A stretch of DNA of 23,245 nucleotides from Clostridia bacterium (GTDB lineage: Bacteria; Bacillota; Clostridia; UMGS1883; UMGS1540). The stretch is taken from contig JAZSIR010000019.1 of NCBI GenBank assembly GCA_045533905.1, positions 1-23,245 of the forward strand, read 5' to 3'. A program made the position numbers and the translations under genes. The notes below the pieces were generated by a model. The model was given only the letters and a program-made list of their open reading frames with translations, was not told the DNA's origin and did not search any database. Every line of letters starts with the position of its first letter. Positions within the stretch are counted from its first letter, which is position 1. Positions 1-8,531 of this stretch are shown here, one piece after another.

Positions 1-132
1 TATTGCCAGCTCGTCATTTACAGAATATTTTTCTCTTATTCGATTTACTATTCTTTCCTTGTAAGGAACGGCAGGAGCTTTTATTTGCATATCTTCACTC
101 TCGATATATTGCCAGTTTTTATAAACTTTCAT
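1..132 (-). CDS. Small phage protein of the kind following tail-fibre genes (partial, runs off window edge)
   Basis: ATG at 132 overlaps upstream TAA (TAATG); reads MKVYKNWQYIESEDMQIKAPAVPYKERIVNRIREKYSVNDELAI. Not in supplied ORF track. Confidence 0.6.
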   Translation of the reverse strand, partial: MKVYKNWQYIESEDMQIKAPAVPYKERIVNRIREKYSVNDELAI

Positions 133-209
133 TATCCTTCCGCCTTCCCGTAAATTTGAAGTCTTGTTCCAATAGGATAGCTATTTGCACTTTCATTCAA
201 TTTGTAAAA
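132..209 (-). pseudogene. Orphan C-terminal remnant of a probable tail-fibre gene
   Basis: Frame reads FYKLNESANSYPIGTRLQIYGKAEG* with no start; resembles fibre C-termini; its stop is coupled to the next ATG. Confidence 0.45.
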
Positions 210-403
210 AATTTATTGTAATCGTTTATTTTTAAAACCTGTTTATCGTCCACAACAAAATCTGCGCTTTGTCCCACGTTTTCGGAATTCCAATATTCAA
301 AATGCGCCATTGCATCTGCGCCTTTTCTTGGGTTTCCAGTAGTGTGAACCACTATATATTTTGGTTTTTCTGTTCGCGTTGTTTTATTGTATTTTATTTG
401 CAA
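197..403 (-). pseudogene. Truncated N-acetylmuramoyl-L-alanine amidase (Amidase_2-type endolysin), N-terminal 68 aa only
   Basis: TTG start after GGGGGA; KYIVVHTTGN...AMAHFEYW...SADFVVDD is a typical Amidase_2 N-terminus; stops at FFTN* before the remaining catalytic residues. Confidence 0.75.
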
Positions 404-419
404 AACAATTCCCCCACAT

Positions 420-590
420 CTATTCTTCATATTGCGCGGCAATCTGTGCATCAATCTTTGCCAAATCTTCTTCGCCGAGCACTCCCTTTTCAAGCCACCC
501 AGCGGCATTAAGAATAACTTGATAATCTGCCATTTTGCCGATTGCATTAAGAAGACCGCGCTTGATAAATTCTTTTAAGCTAAACATCAT
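420..590 (-). CDS. Small phage protein (56 aa) downstream of fibre gene
   Basis: MMFSLKEFIKRGLLNAIGKMADYQVILNAAGWLEKGVLGEEDLAKIDAQIAAQYEE; start overlaps stop of 587..2902 (ATGA). Not in supplied track. Confidence 0.75.
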   Translation of the reverse strand: MMFSLKEFIKRGLLNAIGKMADYQVILNAAGWLEKGVLGEEDLAKIDAQIAAQYEE

Positions 591-2902
591 ACGTTACCCC
601 CTAATGAAATTATTGCATTATAAATCTCTTCAAAAGCTTTGTTCAAATCCCTGTTGTATTCTACGCTTATTGTCACGTCCTCGGTGTCGCTGTAAAGCGT
701 CATAAAAGAATGCCCCTCAGAATATATGCCGTCCACAGTTCCGTCTGCCGAAATATCATATTCGATGGGTTCGCGGTGAGGCTCAAATTCTGTTGTGGCG
801 GCTCCCTGCTCTATCTGGAAGTCCTCGTACACATCTCCCCAACCTACTGCGATGTATCGGCAGTTTTCCGGCGTTGTTATGCTGAGCCTACTGCTTGAAT
901 CATTATACACGCCATCAAAGCTGTTTGTTTCGCCAATAATAGGCTCTGTGTCGTAATAAAAGCATCGTAAGCGACCACTTGCGTTTGTCTGCTTTGATAT
1001 TCTGTAACTTGTGTTTGGTTTTACGGGTATTACAGAAACGAAGTATCCCGCCTTTTGTGCTATTTTCGTTGAACTCTTTCCAGAGCCGCTTGTATCGTAA
1101 TCTTCGAGAACGACAGCCAAGTTCTTGCCTTGTACAAGAATTTTTGCCGCACTTATATCCGATAGGCTTTCGCTCTCCGCTTTTACTTTTAACATATGAT
1201 TAATTGGAGAAACACCACTAATCGCCACCGACTTGCCGCTTGTTTTGCCCTTCAAGGCGTTAGCAACCCTGTCGCCCGGATTTTCCAGCAAGTCTTTTTT
1301 TGTTGTTTCTAACGCCTCACGCACGGCCTTCCCGCTTACGGCGTGGGGATAATAGTTGGCTACCTGAACTTCTGTTTCGCCCATTTCTACCCCAATGTCA
1401 ATCAAGGCGACATCTTTCCCGTTGTGCTTTGCTTTTGCAAGTCCGCCCCATAAATGGCTATCAAACTTTAAACGAAGTGGAGTGTCTGCGCCAATGCTTG
1501 CTTCTTCTACATATTCTGTAATGTCGGAAGCATCATAGCCAAAATAAACAGGAATTTCAAAACCTCCGCGCAATTCTTCTTTGGCTTCTTCAAGCGCGGC
1601 ATATACACCACCAGAAGTTACGGGATACGGGTGGTTTTCCGTGACACTTTCTACTGCGTCCGCTTCATACGTAACGCCAACGCCAAGTTCCGTCTTTTCT
1701 ATCGCGACCCTTGCCCCGAGACCAGCGTCGAACATAATCCTTTCGGATGTGCCAAGACCAAAAGCGCTGCCGTTTGCTTCTACGGCAATTTCGTAATTCA
1801 CCTCTGCCGCCTCTGCTCTATCTGCAGCCGCCCGAGCCTCTTCTGCTGCAGTTATCGCAGCAGTTTCACTTAACTTTGCAATTTCAGCAGCATCCATCGC
1901 TGTTTCGCTTGCGGTGCCTGCGGTTATGGCATCTTGGGCAGCCTTTTCTGCCGCTTCTGTTGCCTTTTGCTCAGAATCCCAAGCATACTCTGCCCTTGCA
2001 TCCGCAGCAAGCTCGCTCTGTTTCGCCGCTATGCGAGAAGATTCGGCATTTAACTCGCTTTGCTTTGCAACTTGTGCCGATTCCTCTGCGGCTTCTTTTG
2101 CCAGAACTGCTTCACCCTGTGCGTTCTCCGCTCTTCCTGCCGCAGTTTCAGCTCTGTTTGCTGCGTCTTCAGCTCTATACGCTTCACTATTTGCAAAGTC
2201 GACGGAGTTTTTTGCCGCTTTAACGGCGTCTTGCGCACGTGATTCTGCATCCAGCGCCGCCAAAGAATGTCTGGACGCGGCTTCTTCAGAGGCTTTTGCA
2301 TTCCCCTCGCTTTGTTTCGCGTCTTCATAAGAAGCTTTGGCATCTCTTGCCCTCGCTTCTGCGTCCGTCGCGCTTTTTAGGGCATTGTTTGCATACTGAA
2401 AGGCGAGTTCGCGTGCCTTCTCGGCGTTCTCCGCTTCATGCTTTGCGTCATTGGCGCTTCCCTCCGCCTCGCTTGCCGAAAGCTCTGCCGCTTCCTTGGC
2501 AAACGTCGCGCGCCTTTCAATTTCCTCAAACTCTGTCAGCGGGGCCTTTGCAAAGCCTTCCGTATCATATATGCTCCTTCGCACCGTGAAATCGGTAACC
2601 TCGCTGTGCCACACCTCTCCGCTCTCCGAAAAGGCGCGGAGCTGCACATGGAGCACGCCTGCCTTTTGCAGCGTTTCCCAAAGCACTTCCCAGAGAAGTA
2701 CAATCCCGCCATCCGCCTGTTTTTTCGCCAGGTCTATAATATCCCTGCCGTCGGCGCTTTCCACATCGAGCTTAAAGCTGAATTCGAAAAGCTGCGCCTC
2801 CGTCACGTAAAATTCTCTCGTCTCTATTTTGTTGTCATCCACATAGCCGATAACGCGCTCCTCATCCGGAATGATAAGCGCGCGCCCTTCCACCCGTATC
2901 AT
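587..2902 (-). CDS. Tail fibre / receptor-binding-like protein (BppU-like N-terminus, Ala/Glu-rich coiled coil, beta-rich C-terminal domain)
   Basis: 771 aa, AAGGAGG RBS, long A/E/K helical repeats, VTSGGVY motif, late-operon position before the lysin. Confidence 0.7.
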   Translation of the reverse strand: MIRVEGRALIIPDEERVIGYVDDNKIETREFYVTEAQLFEFSFKLDVESADGRDIIDLAKKQADGGIVLLWEVLWETLQKAGVLHVQLRAFSESGEVWHSEVTDFTVRRSIYDTEGFAKAPLTEFEEIERRATFAKEAAELSASEAEGSANDAKHEAENAEKARELAFQYANNALKSATDAEARARDAKASYEDAKQSEGNAKASEEAASRHSLAALDAESRAQDAVKAAKNSVDFANSEAYRAEDAANRAETAAGRAENAQGEAVLAKEAAEESAQVAKQSELNAESSRIAAKQSELAADARAEYAWDSEQKATEAAEKAAQDAITAGTASETAMDAAEIAKLSETAAITAAEEARAAADRAEAAEVNYEIAVEANGSAFGLGTSERIMFDAGLGARVAIEKTELGVGVTYEADAVESVTENHPYPVTSGGVYAALEEAKEELRGGFEIPVYFGYDASDITEYVEEASIGADTPLRLKFDSHLWGGLAKAKHNGKDVALIDIGVEMGETEVQVANYYPHAVSGKAVREALETTKKDLLENPGDRVANALKGKTSGKSVAISGVSPINHMLKVKAESESLSDISAAKILVQGKNLAVVLEDYDTSGSGKSSTKIAQKAGYFVSVIPVKPNTSYRISKQTNASGRLRCFYYDTEPIIGETNSFDGVYNDSSSRLSITTPENCRYIAVGWGDVYEDFQIEQGAATTEFEPHREPIEYDISADGTVDGIYSEGHSFMTLYSDTEDVTISVEYNRDLNKAFEEIYNAIISLGGNV

Positions 2903-2946
2903 ACGCCGTCCTCCTTATTTCTTGTCTCCCGAAACTGCCAAACCAT

Positions 2947-3702
2947 TTAATAGTTTACCATTCCGATGGCATACCAGCGATATGTCACCCCGTCTTCGTT
3001 CAATTGGTACGCCGCTCTGTTTGCATCGGTCGAGGGTGCCGTAGTGTACCACTTTGCCGTGCATGACCCGTCCCAATCCAACTCCAAAATTCTTGCATGT
3101 GTGCTGCCCAAAGCCGGTCCTCCGTGCACCACCACGCAGCTTGGAGACCCGTACAGCATTATCCCGGGGCTTATTTCGCCTTCTTCTGCCTGCACAATCA
3201 GCAAAAATACAGAGTCCACGCCTTCTACCGTAATCTCGTTTTTGTACGCCTCTCCCGCATGCCCGCCCCCCGTGTACGTGCCGGTCACTACCTTGAGACC
3301 GCCCCTTTTTATATTTTCTATCTCACGGTATACCGCGCCGCTCGTCGCGGCCAATGTACTGTTTTCCGCAATGTTTTCCGTGGTGCTGTCCTCTATTTTT
3401 TTATGCAGCGCTTGAATCCCTTTGTATACCGCGCCGCTTGTGATGAGGTTTTGGCTTCCCTCGGTCTCCTCCTCGTCCACACTGTGTATATCTTCCACCG
3501 CGTGCACGTGCGGCAAAACCGCCATCTCCCCGATTTCCCGAAGAAACTCTGTCTTGTCCTCTTCCGTATAGTAGTCCACGCCGCGCTTTGGCGTGTATCC
3601 GATAAGGCTTTCGAGCCATTCCTCCTCCGTGCCTTTGAAGCCGTGTTTTACGGCGATTCCGTACGCCGTTATGTAATATCCCCGCCATCCGTTTCTTTCC
3701 AT
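2947..3702 (-). CDS. Fibre-like phage structural protein
   Basis: Start reassigned to MERNGW (RBS GAGGAG); TAYGIAVKHGFKGTEEEWLESL and GYTPKRGVDYYT motifs typical of Firmicutes phage fibre proteins; two TSGAVY repeats. Confidence 0.7.
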   Translation of the reverse strand: MERNGWRGYYITAYGIAVKHGFKGTEEEWLESLIGYTPKRGVDYYTEEDKTEFLREIGEMAVLPHVHAVEDIHSVDEEETEGSQNLITSGAVYKGIQALHKKIEDSTTENIAENSTLAATSGAVYREIENIKRGGLKVVTGTYTGGGHAGEAYKNEITVEGVDSVFLLIVQAEEGEISPGIMLYGSPSCVVVHGGPALGSTHARILELDWDGSCTAKWYTTAPSTDANRAAYQLNEDGVTYRWYAIGMVNY

Positions 3703-3716
3703 TTCGCCTCTCCTCT

Positions 3717-4064
3717 TTATTCGTGCGTGTCCGCAGGTCTGTAGCGCGTCGCAAACCACCGCATAAATTCTCCAAAATGCGCATTGAACATCTGCATCGT
3801 GTTCTGGTATTTGGAATACTCCCCGTTTGCAAAATCTATCATCGCGCATACATACGGCACGTACAGTTTGTCATGCGGCAGCTGCACCAAAAGTTCCTTC
3901 TCGTCATCCTCCGGCTCGTAGGTTATCATTTCCTCCGGCGCCATCAAAAGCACCTCCGTCTGCACCATACCCTCGCACTCGTTGAGCCATGCCACTTTCA
4001 TCTTGTCCGAAAACGCATTTGGCTTCAGCTCATCCACCCTGTCTAAAACTTCCCGTACTGTCAT
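3717..4064 (-). CDS. Putative head-tail adaptor/connector
   Basis: 115-aa helical protein immediately after the capsid gene, RBS AAGGAG; MTVREVLDRVDELKPN start resembles adaptor proteins. Confidence 0.55.
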   Translation of the reverse strand: MTVREVLDRVDELKPNAFSDKMKVAWLNECEGMVQTEVLLMAPEEMITYEPEDDEKELLVQLPHDKLYVPYVCAMIDFANGEYSKYQNTMQMFNAHFGEFMRWFATRYRPADTHE

Positions 4065-4082
4065 TTTCTTCTCCTTTATCAG

Positions 4083-4113
4083 AAAGCCGGGCAGCGGTAC
4101 CCCGCCGCCCGGT
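4083..4113 (-). terminator. Intrinsic terminator/attenuator after capsid gene
   Basis: Minus strand ACCGGGCGGCGG-GGTA-CCGCTGCCCGGC followed by TTT. Confidence 0.6.
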
Positions 4114-4133
4114 CATTCGCCTTCCCGAGTCCG

Positions 4134-5144
4134 TTATGCTGAAACGAGCGTGTCGCCGCCCGCAATACCGCCGACAGCTGCAAAGCGCCAGTCGTTAAAG
4201 CCTGCAATAAATCTTGCATAGCCGCTCCAGACATTTGCATCGTTGCCATCGTCAATGCGGCTCTTTACCTCGAGCTTCGTTCTGTCAAGCCATACAGCGC
4301 CGCCATACTCCTTGTTGTAGTCTGTGTCAATGAGCATCCACGGCTTTGCGCCTTCGGTGATGAACTGATTGAGGTACGGCCAGATGATAACGTTCCATCT
4401 GCCAAAGAGGTAGTTGAAGCCGTTGTTTGCCGTATTCGGGTCCTTGTCCGCGCCGATAGCCGCGAATACCGCCTTCTTTAAGGTGTATTCGTTCGGAATC
4501 ACGATGGTGGTCGGTGCCACGTCCAGGATTTCGGCATTGTCGCCGCGAAAGTCCTGCATCTTCGATTCCATAGCCGCCAGCGCGTCATCGGAAAAAGCAT
4601 CTGCAAAGAGGTTCGACTGTGTGCCCTTGCCGAGCTTCGAGGGATGGTCCTTCGAGAAAAGTGCCTTCCCGTCTGCGCACTTTGCGTCAAACTTTCTGCC
4701 GCCAAAGTCCACAGAGCCCTTGCCGCTCATCGCGCCGCCTAAAAGTGCAGCCGCAAACTTCTCGCGCGTTCTGTGGTAACCTGCAATAAAGCCGGCAGGC
4801 TGCTTTTTAAGATCCATAAGCTTTGCATCGTCCACCATTTCACGGGAAATGGAGAACTGATCCTTCCAGGTCATATGCTCAAGGAACTTATCATAGCCTT
4901 CCTGCATACCGTCGTTCGGGTATTCGCCGTTTTCGCCTACGGGCTTAAAGCCGTCCATGGCCGTCATCGTTGTAAACTTTTCACCCCAGTGCGTGCTCGT
5001 GCCCATATTAAAAAGCTCGGGAATCATAGACTGCTGCTCAAATGCTTCCCCGCGTTTTTCCAGGAACATACGAATCGGTGCCTGGCTCTTGCCGAAAATA
5101 GAATCCTGAAGGCCGCTGCCTTCGGTAAATGTCATATTTGCCAT
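4134..5144 (-). CDS. Major capsid protein (Mu gpT-like, HK97 fold)
   Basis: 336 aa; FSISREMVDD, DGKALFSKDHP, PTTIVIP, GFNDWR motifs characteristic of Mu-like capsids; follows scaffold and cement-like genes. Confidence 0.85.
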   Translation of the reverse strand: MANMTFTEGSGLQDSIFGKSQAPIRMFLEKRGEAFEQQSMIPELFNMGTSTHWGEKFTTMTAMDGFKPVGENGEYPNDGMQEGYDKFLEHMTWKDQFSISREMVDDAKLMDLKKQPAGFIAGYHRTREKFAAALLGGAMSGKGSVDFGGRKFDAKCADGKALFSKDHPSKLGKGTQSNLFADAFSDDALAAMESKMQDFRGDNAEILDVAPTTIVIPNEYTLKKAVFAAIGADKDPNTANNGFNYLFGRWNVIIWPYLNQFITEGAKPWMLIDTDYNKEYGGAVWLDRTKLEVKSRIDDGNDANVWSGYARFIAGFNDWRFAAVGGIAGGDTLVSA

Positions 5145-5162
5145 ATCGTTTCACCTCTCTCC

Positions 5163-5522
5163 TTATACAAGACGGACTAAAATGCCGTCCTCCAAAATGC
5201 CGACAACCTTGTATGCCCCGCCATCGGTTTCGCTGAACCCGTTATCTGTTATCATGCCTTGTGCGCCAAAGTCCGGCGTCTCGCCTTCCGTGTTCTTGTA
5301 CTTATATACAGTCTCGCGGTTCATGTGTACAACGGGCAAAACGCCGTCCACAGCCTTTCCCGCCATCGCAATGTATTCATGCGCATCAGCGGGCGCAGAT
5401 GCTTGCAGATCGCCGCCGCTTACATGAAGCACCGTCCCCACCTCGCTTGCATTACCAGCATACGGCAAATATTCAATGCCCGGCACGTGGCCGTCATCGG
5501 TTTTGTAAATTTCAAGTACCAT
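5163..5522 (-). CDS. Putative capsid decoration/cement protein
   Basis: 119-aa beta-rich ORF between scaffold and capsid; RBS AAAGGGAGG. Confidence 0.5.
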   Translation of the reverse strand: MVLEIYKTDDGHVPGIEYLPYAGNASEVGTVLHVSGGDLQASAPADAHEYIAMAGKAVDGVLPVVHMNRETVYKYKNTEGETPDFGAQGMITDNGFSETDGGAYKVVGILEDGILVRLV

Positions 5523-5548
5523 ACTTCTTTATTCCTCCCTTTCGGTTT

Positions 5549-6439
5549 CTATTTTTTTCTGTACGCTGCATAGTGCTTTCGGATTTCCGCATCCGTCGCG
5601 CCGGGGTTAAAGGTGCGGTACTCTGCCGCAATGTCTGCCGGCACCTCTTCGGCGCCGACTCTTCCCGTCCCCGTTTTTTCAAGATGATGCTTCGAACGCT
5701 CCGCATTTAGCGCCTGCTGCCGCGCGCGCGCCTCCGCGCCTCTTGAAAGCGTGTCAAAATGCGCAATCTTATATGCATCTGTCAGCGTGTACCCGCGCTT
5801 TACGAGCGCGTAAATCTCAGGATATTTTTCATTTTCCGTGATATCGGAGAGACTTCGAACGGAAGGGTCCAGCTCGCCAATCTCGCGCACCTGCGCCGAG
5901 ATTTTGGCTTCTGCCTCCCTCTCTCTCGCCTCACGGCTGATTTTCTCCGCTTCCTCTGCCTTTCGCCGTGCCTCACGCACCTCGGGAAGGTCCTCGATAA
6001 ATTCGCGGTATTCCTCGTCAGAAACGCCGCTCATCTTCTTGAAGCTTTCCTTCTTCTCTTTCGAAAGGTTCTCGCGGTATGCCTCAAACTCTTCCTTCGA
6101 GGTAATCGGTTTTTGGGTGTACGGGTCGAGTATCCCCGTCACCTTAAAGACTTCGGAAACATAGTCCTCCGCCTCTTTTTTCGCGCGGTTTATTTTTTCT
6201 TCGGCCTCTTTCTCCGCACGCCTTCTGGCCGCGGCAAAGCCGGCGTTTTCTTCCGCGCTCTGGCGAGGCGCTTCCGCCGGCTTCTCTTCCGAAGCTTCGG
6301 CTTCTGTCCCGCCATCGGCCGCATTGTCCGGTTCGGCGATTTCCGTCTCTTTTTCGCCTTGCATATCAGCTTCCGCCATTTCAGCCTCCGCCGTATCTAT
6401 GCCAAATACTGCACCGTAATCAATCTCACTCATAGTCAT
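5549..6439 (-). CDS. Putative capsid scaffolding protein
   Basis: 296 aa, acidic N-terminus, coiled coil (AAARRRAEKEAE), basic C-terminal tip; position upstream of capsid. Confidence 0.7.
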   Translation of the reverse strand: MTMSEIDYGAVFGIDTAEAEMAEADMQGEKETEIAEPDNAADGGTEAEASEEKPAEAPRQSAEENAGFAAARRRAEKEAEEKINRAKKEAEDYVSEVFKVTGILDPYTQKPITSKEEFEAYRENLSKEKKESFKKMSGVSDEEYREFIEDLPEVREARRKAEEAEKISREAREREAEAKISAQVREIGELDPSVRSLSDITENEKYPEIYALVKRGYTLTDAYKIAHFDTLSRGAEARARQQALNAERSKHHLEKTGTGRVGAEEVPADIAAEYRTFNPGATDAEIRKHYAAYRKK

Positions 6440-6486
6440 TCTCCTTGTATTTTTACGCTTTTACTGCGAATCGTTTAGGGATTCCC

Positions 6487-6624
6487 CTATTTCTTTGTGC
6501 GAAGGTCTTCGCCCGTCTTCACGGTGCTGTTACCGCGCTTTGTCGGCACGGCACACGGTGCCTGTACCTTCTGCGCACCCGTGTTTGCAATTTTGCCGCT
6601 GTAGCCCTTGCATTTTTCGGCCAT
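6487..6624 (-). CDS. Small basic phage protein (45 aa), first gene of late operon
   Basis: GGAAGGAGG RBS; MAEKCKGYSGKIANTGAQKVQAPCAVPTKRGNSTVKTGEDLRTKK. Not in supplied track. Confidence 0.75.
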   Translation of the reverse strand: MAEKCKGYSGKIANTGAQKVQAPCAVPTKRGNSTVKTGEDLRTKK

Positions 6625-6656
6625 ACAAATCCCTCCTTCCTTCGCTTTCTGTGCCC

Positions 6657-6690
6657 ATTATACTGCATTTCTCGCGTCGCGACGCGTCAC
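6657..6690 (-). promoter_or_regulatory. Putative activator-dependent late promoter
   Basis: TATAAT at 6662-6657; perfect 14-bp palindrome CGCGTCGCGACGCG (6673-6686) overlaps the -35 region, which is non-consensus. Confidence 0.5.
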
Positions 6691-6801
6691 TTTGCATCAA
6701 AACAAGCCCCGAAAGCTGTCCTCCGGAGCAAAAATCGCCGTATTTTTTCTAAACGCGCGTTATAGGCGTATATATCCGCGCGCCTCTCGTGGGGAAAAAC
6801 G

Positions 6802-7083
6802 CTATTCTTCCAAAAGCGGCACGGGAAAGCCCTCGTAGTATCGCCGCACCGCACGGTCAAGTGTCTTTTGCGAGATGTAATGCTTTCTGCAAATCGCCAC
6901 GCCCGTGGTATCGGTCGTCACATACTCGAAAAGCGCTCCATAGTGCGGTCCTCCGTGCTCGATGCAGAGATTCAGTATCTTTCTCTGCAGCGCAGGCGGA
7001 AGGTCTCTGTATATGCGCGACACAAAATAGATATACCCCTGCCGGTTATAGCTTACGTGCGCCCCCTTCCTAAATCGAAACAT
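6802..7083 (-). CDS. Putative late transcriptional regulator (C-terminal HTH-like)
   Basis: 93 aa, RBS GGAGG; C-terminal AICRKHYISQKTLDRAVRRYY is HTH-like; last gene before the late promoter. Confidence 0.55.
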   Translation of the reverse strand: MFRFRKGAHVSYNRQGYIYFVSRIYRDLPPALQRKILNLCIEHGGPHYGALFEYVTTDTTGVAICRKHYISQKTLDRAVRRYYEGFPVPLLEE

Positions 7084-7859
7084 GGTCCCTCCTCTCTCCG
7101 CCTTCGGCTCTCTGGTTCCTTCACCCTTCGCATCTCCAGTGTTATGTAAAGTCCGCGGTTTACAAGATTTTCCGAAAAATCCGCATCTGTGAAAACAAAG
7201 TCCGGATAGCGCTCTTCAAAATAGACGGCCGCACGCTTTTCGTCAATGGCACGTACCATCTCCTCCGTTTCCTTCCGCCCTATCGCACCATCCCTTGTTA
7301 TCGGCTCGGGCTTTGTAAGATTTCGGCTCGCGTTCCACCGTTTGTAAAATTCGTGGCTTTTGGCCATGTAATGCGTAAGTGCCGCCACTCCCTCTTCTCC
7401 AAACTGCAGCCGCTTTGAATTTGCATACCCAAGCCCCCAAAGCTCCTCCAGCTCGTCTCTTGATAGTCCCCCGTTTACGATGAGGTGGTGATGCACCCTT
7501 CCGCCTTCTCCCCCAAACTCCGTGCAGCTTATGTATTTGAGCGCCGGGAGTCCCCGTTTCTTCCTCGCACGTTTCACACGCCGTAAATAGTTTTGCAGCG
7601 CCCTTCTCGCCTCCTCTGCCGTCACATGCTCCCGGTGCGTCAGATGAAGCGCTATATCCTTCTCCGTGAAATTCGTGTGCACGAGCCGTACCAGCTTCTT
7701 CTCTGCATTTCTCTGATTGATTTTCTCCTGTATCTCACTCGTCGGCTTGCACCTTGCCCTTCTCTTTCCCGAAAGTCCAAACACCGGATAGATTTCCGTG
7801 TCCACATACGCTCCGCATATGTACACGTTCTCCCGTATAAAATATTTTCCCTTTGGCAT
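7053..7859 (-). CDS. HUH-family rolling-circle replication initiator-like protein
   Basis: Motif I-like LHLT, motif II RVHHHLIV (HUH), motif III HYMAK (YxxK); start taken at MPKGKY. Confidence 0.75.
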   Translation of the reverse strand: MPKGKYFIRENVYICGAYVDTEIYPVFGLSGKRRARCKPTSEIQEKINQRNAEKKLVRLVHTNFTEKDIALHLTHREHVTAEEARRALQNYLRRVKRARKKRGLPALKYISCTEFGGEGGRVHHHLIVNGGLSRDELEELWGLGYANSKRLQFGEEGVAALTHYMAKSHEFYKRWNASRNLTKPEPITRDGAIGRKETEEMVRAIDEKRAAVYFEERYPDFVFTDADFSENLVNRGLYITLEMRRVKEPESRRRREEGPCFDLGRGRT

Positions 7860-8036
7860 GCCCTTTCTCTCTCCTTTGGTTGTTAACTTAAGATTCACTT
7901 ACAAGCCCGAAATGCAGATAGCGCGTTTTCGCCCGGGCCTTCAGCCTGCATCTGCCGAAGACCTTGCGCGTCCTTTATATGAAAGCTCTTTGTGATTGCC
8001 ACAGCTGCGTGTGGAAATCACGAAAAGCTCCCACCT

Positions 8037-8411
8037 TTACGGAAGCTCGTCCATAGTAAAGAAGTCTTCCTCTTTCGTCTCTTCCTTTGTAGCTTTGCCG
8101 CCTGCAAAATGTACCGCGTCCGTTAAAACCTCGTAGGATGTCCTTCTCTCGCCTTCACTTGTTTCGTACCCCTGCACCCGAAGGCTTCCCTCGAGAATAA
8201 GCATCTTTCCCTTCGGGAAATACCGGGCAACGTGCTCCGCAAGTCCCCGAAAGGCCACGCACGGGATAAAGTCCGCCTCGCGCACACCATCCTTTCCCGG
8301 ATGTGTTCTCTCAGAGGCAACCACAAACCGCGCCACGCTCACGCCCTCCACCGTACTGCGAAGCTCCGCATCGCGCACCATACGCCCCTGTAAAATAATT
8401 TTGTTTATCAT
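8037..8411 (-). CDS. ssb: Single-stranded DNA-binding protein
   Basis: MINKIILQGRMVRDAELR...ADFIPCVAFR...KGKMLILEGSL OB-fold signature and acidic tail ending DELP; start reassigned to 8411. Confidence 0.93.
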   Translation of the reverse strand: MINKIILQGRMVRDAELRSTVEGVSVARFVVASERTHPGKDGVREADFIPCVAFRGLAEHVARYFPKGKMLILEGSLRVQGYETSEGERRTSYEVLTDAVHFAGGKATKEETKEEDFFTMDELP

Positions 8412-8487
8412 ACCTTCTCTCCTTTGTTCGCCGCAGCACTTCAGGCGCGGCTTTTTATATGTTCTGTTAAAAAATTTTGAAAACCCC

Positions 8488-8516
8488 TTGACTAATGCGC
8501 ATAAAAGGCGTATACT
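8488..8516 (+). promoter_or_regulatory. sigma70 promoter of hicAB with palindromic operator-like site
   Basis: TTGACT-17 nt-TATACT; imperfect inverted repeat ATGCGCAT-AAA-AGGCGTAT overlapping spacer and -10. Confidence 0.75.
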
Positions 8517-8531
8517 ATAAGCAGAAGGGAA

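Noticed and set aside
420-590. Holin call for the ORF before the amidase
   Set aside because: No convincing transmembrane segment; charged residues throughout.
1790-2500. Ala/Glu-rich repeats as a tape measure protein
   Set aside because: Region is short (~230 aa) and flanked by BppU-like and beta-rich domains typical of fibre/receptor-binding proteins.
1747-6478. Long plus-strand ORFs opposite the structural genes (e.g. 1914..2330, 3097..3744, 5759..6478)
   Set aside because: Antisense shadows of well-supported minus-strand genes; no RBS or recognisable motifs.
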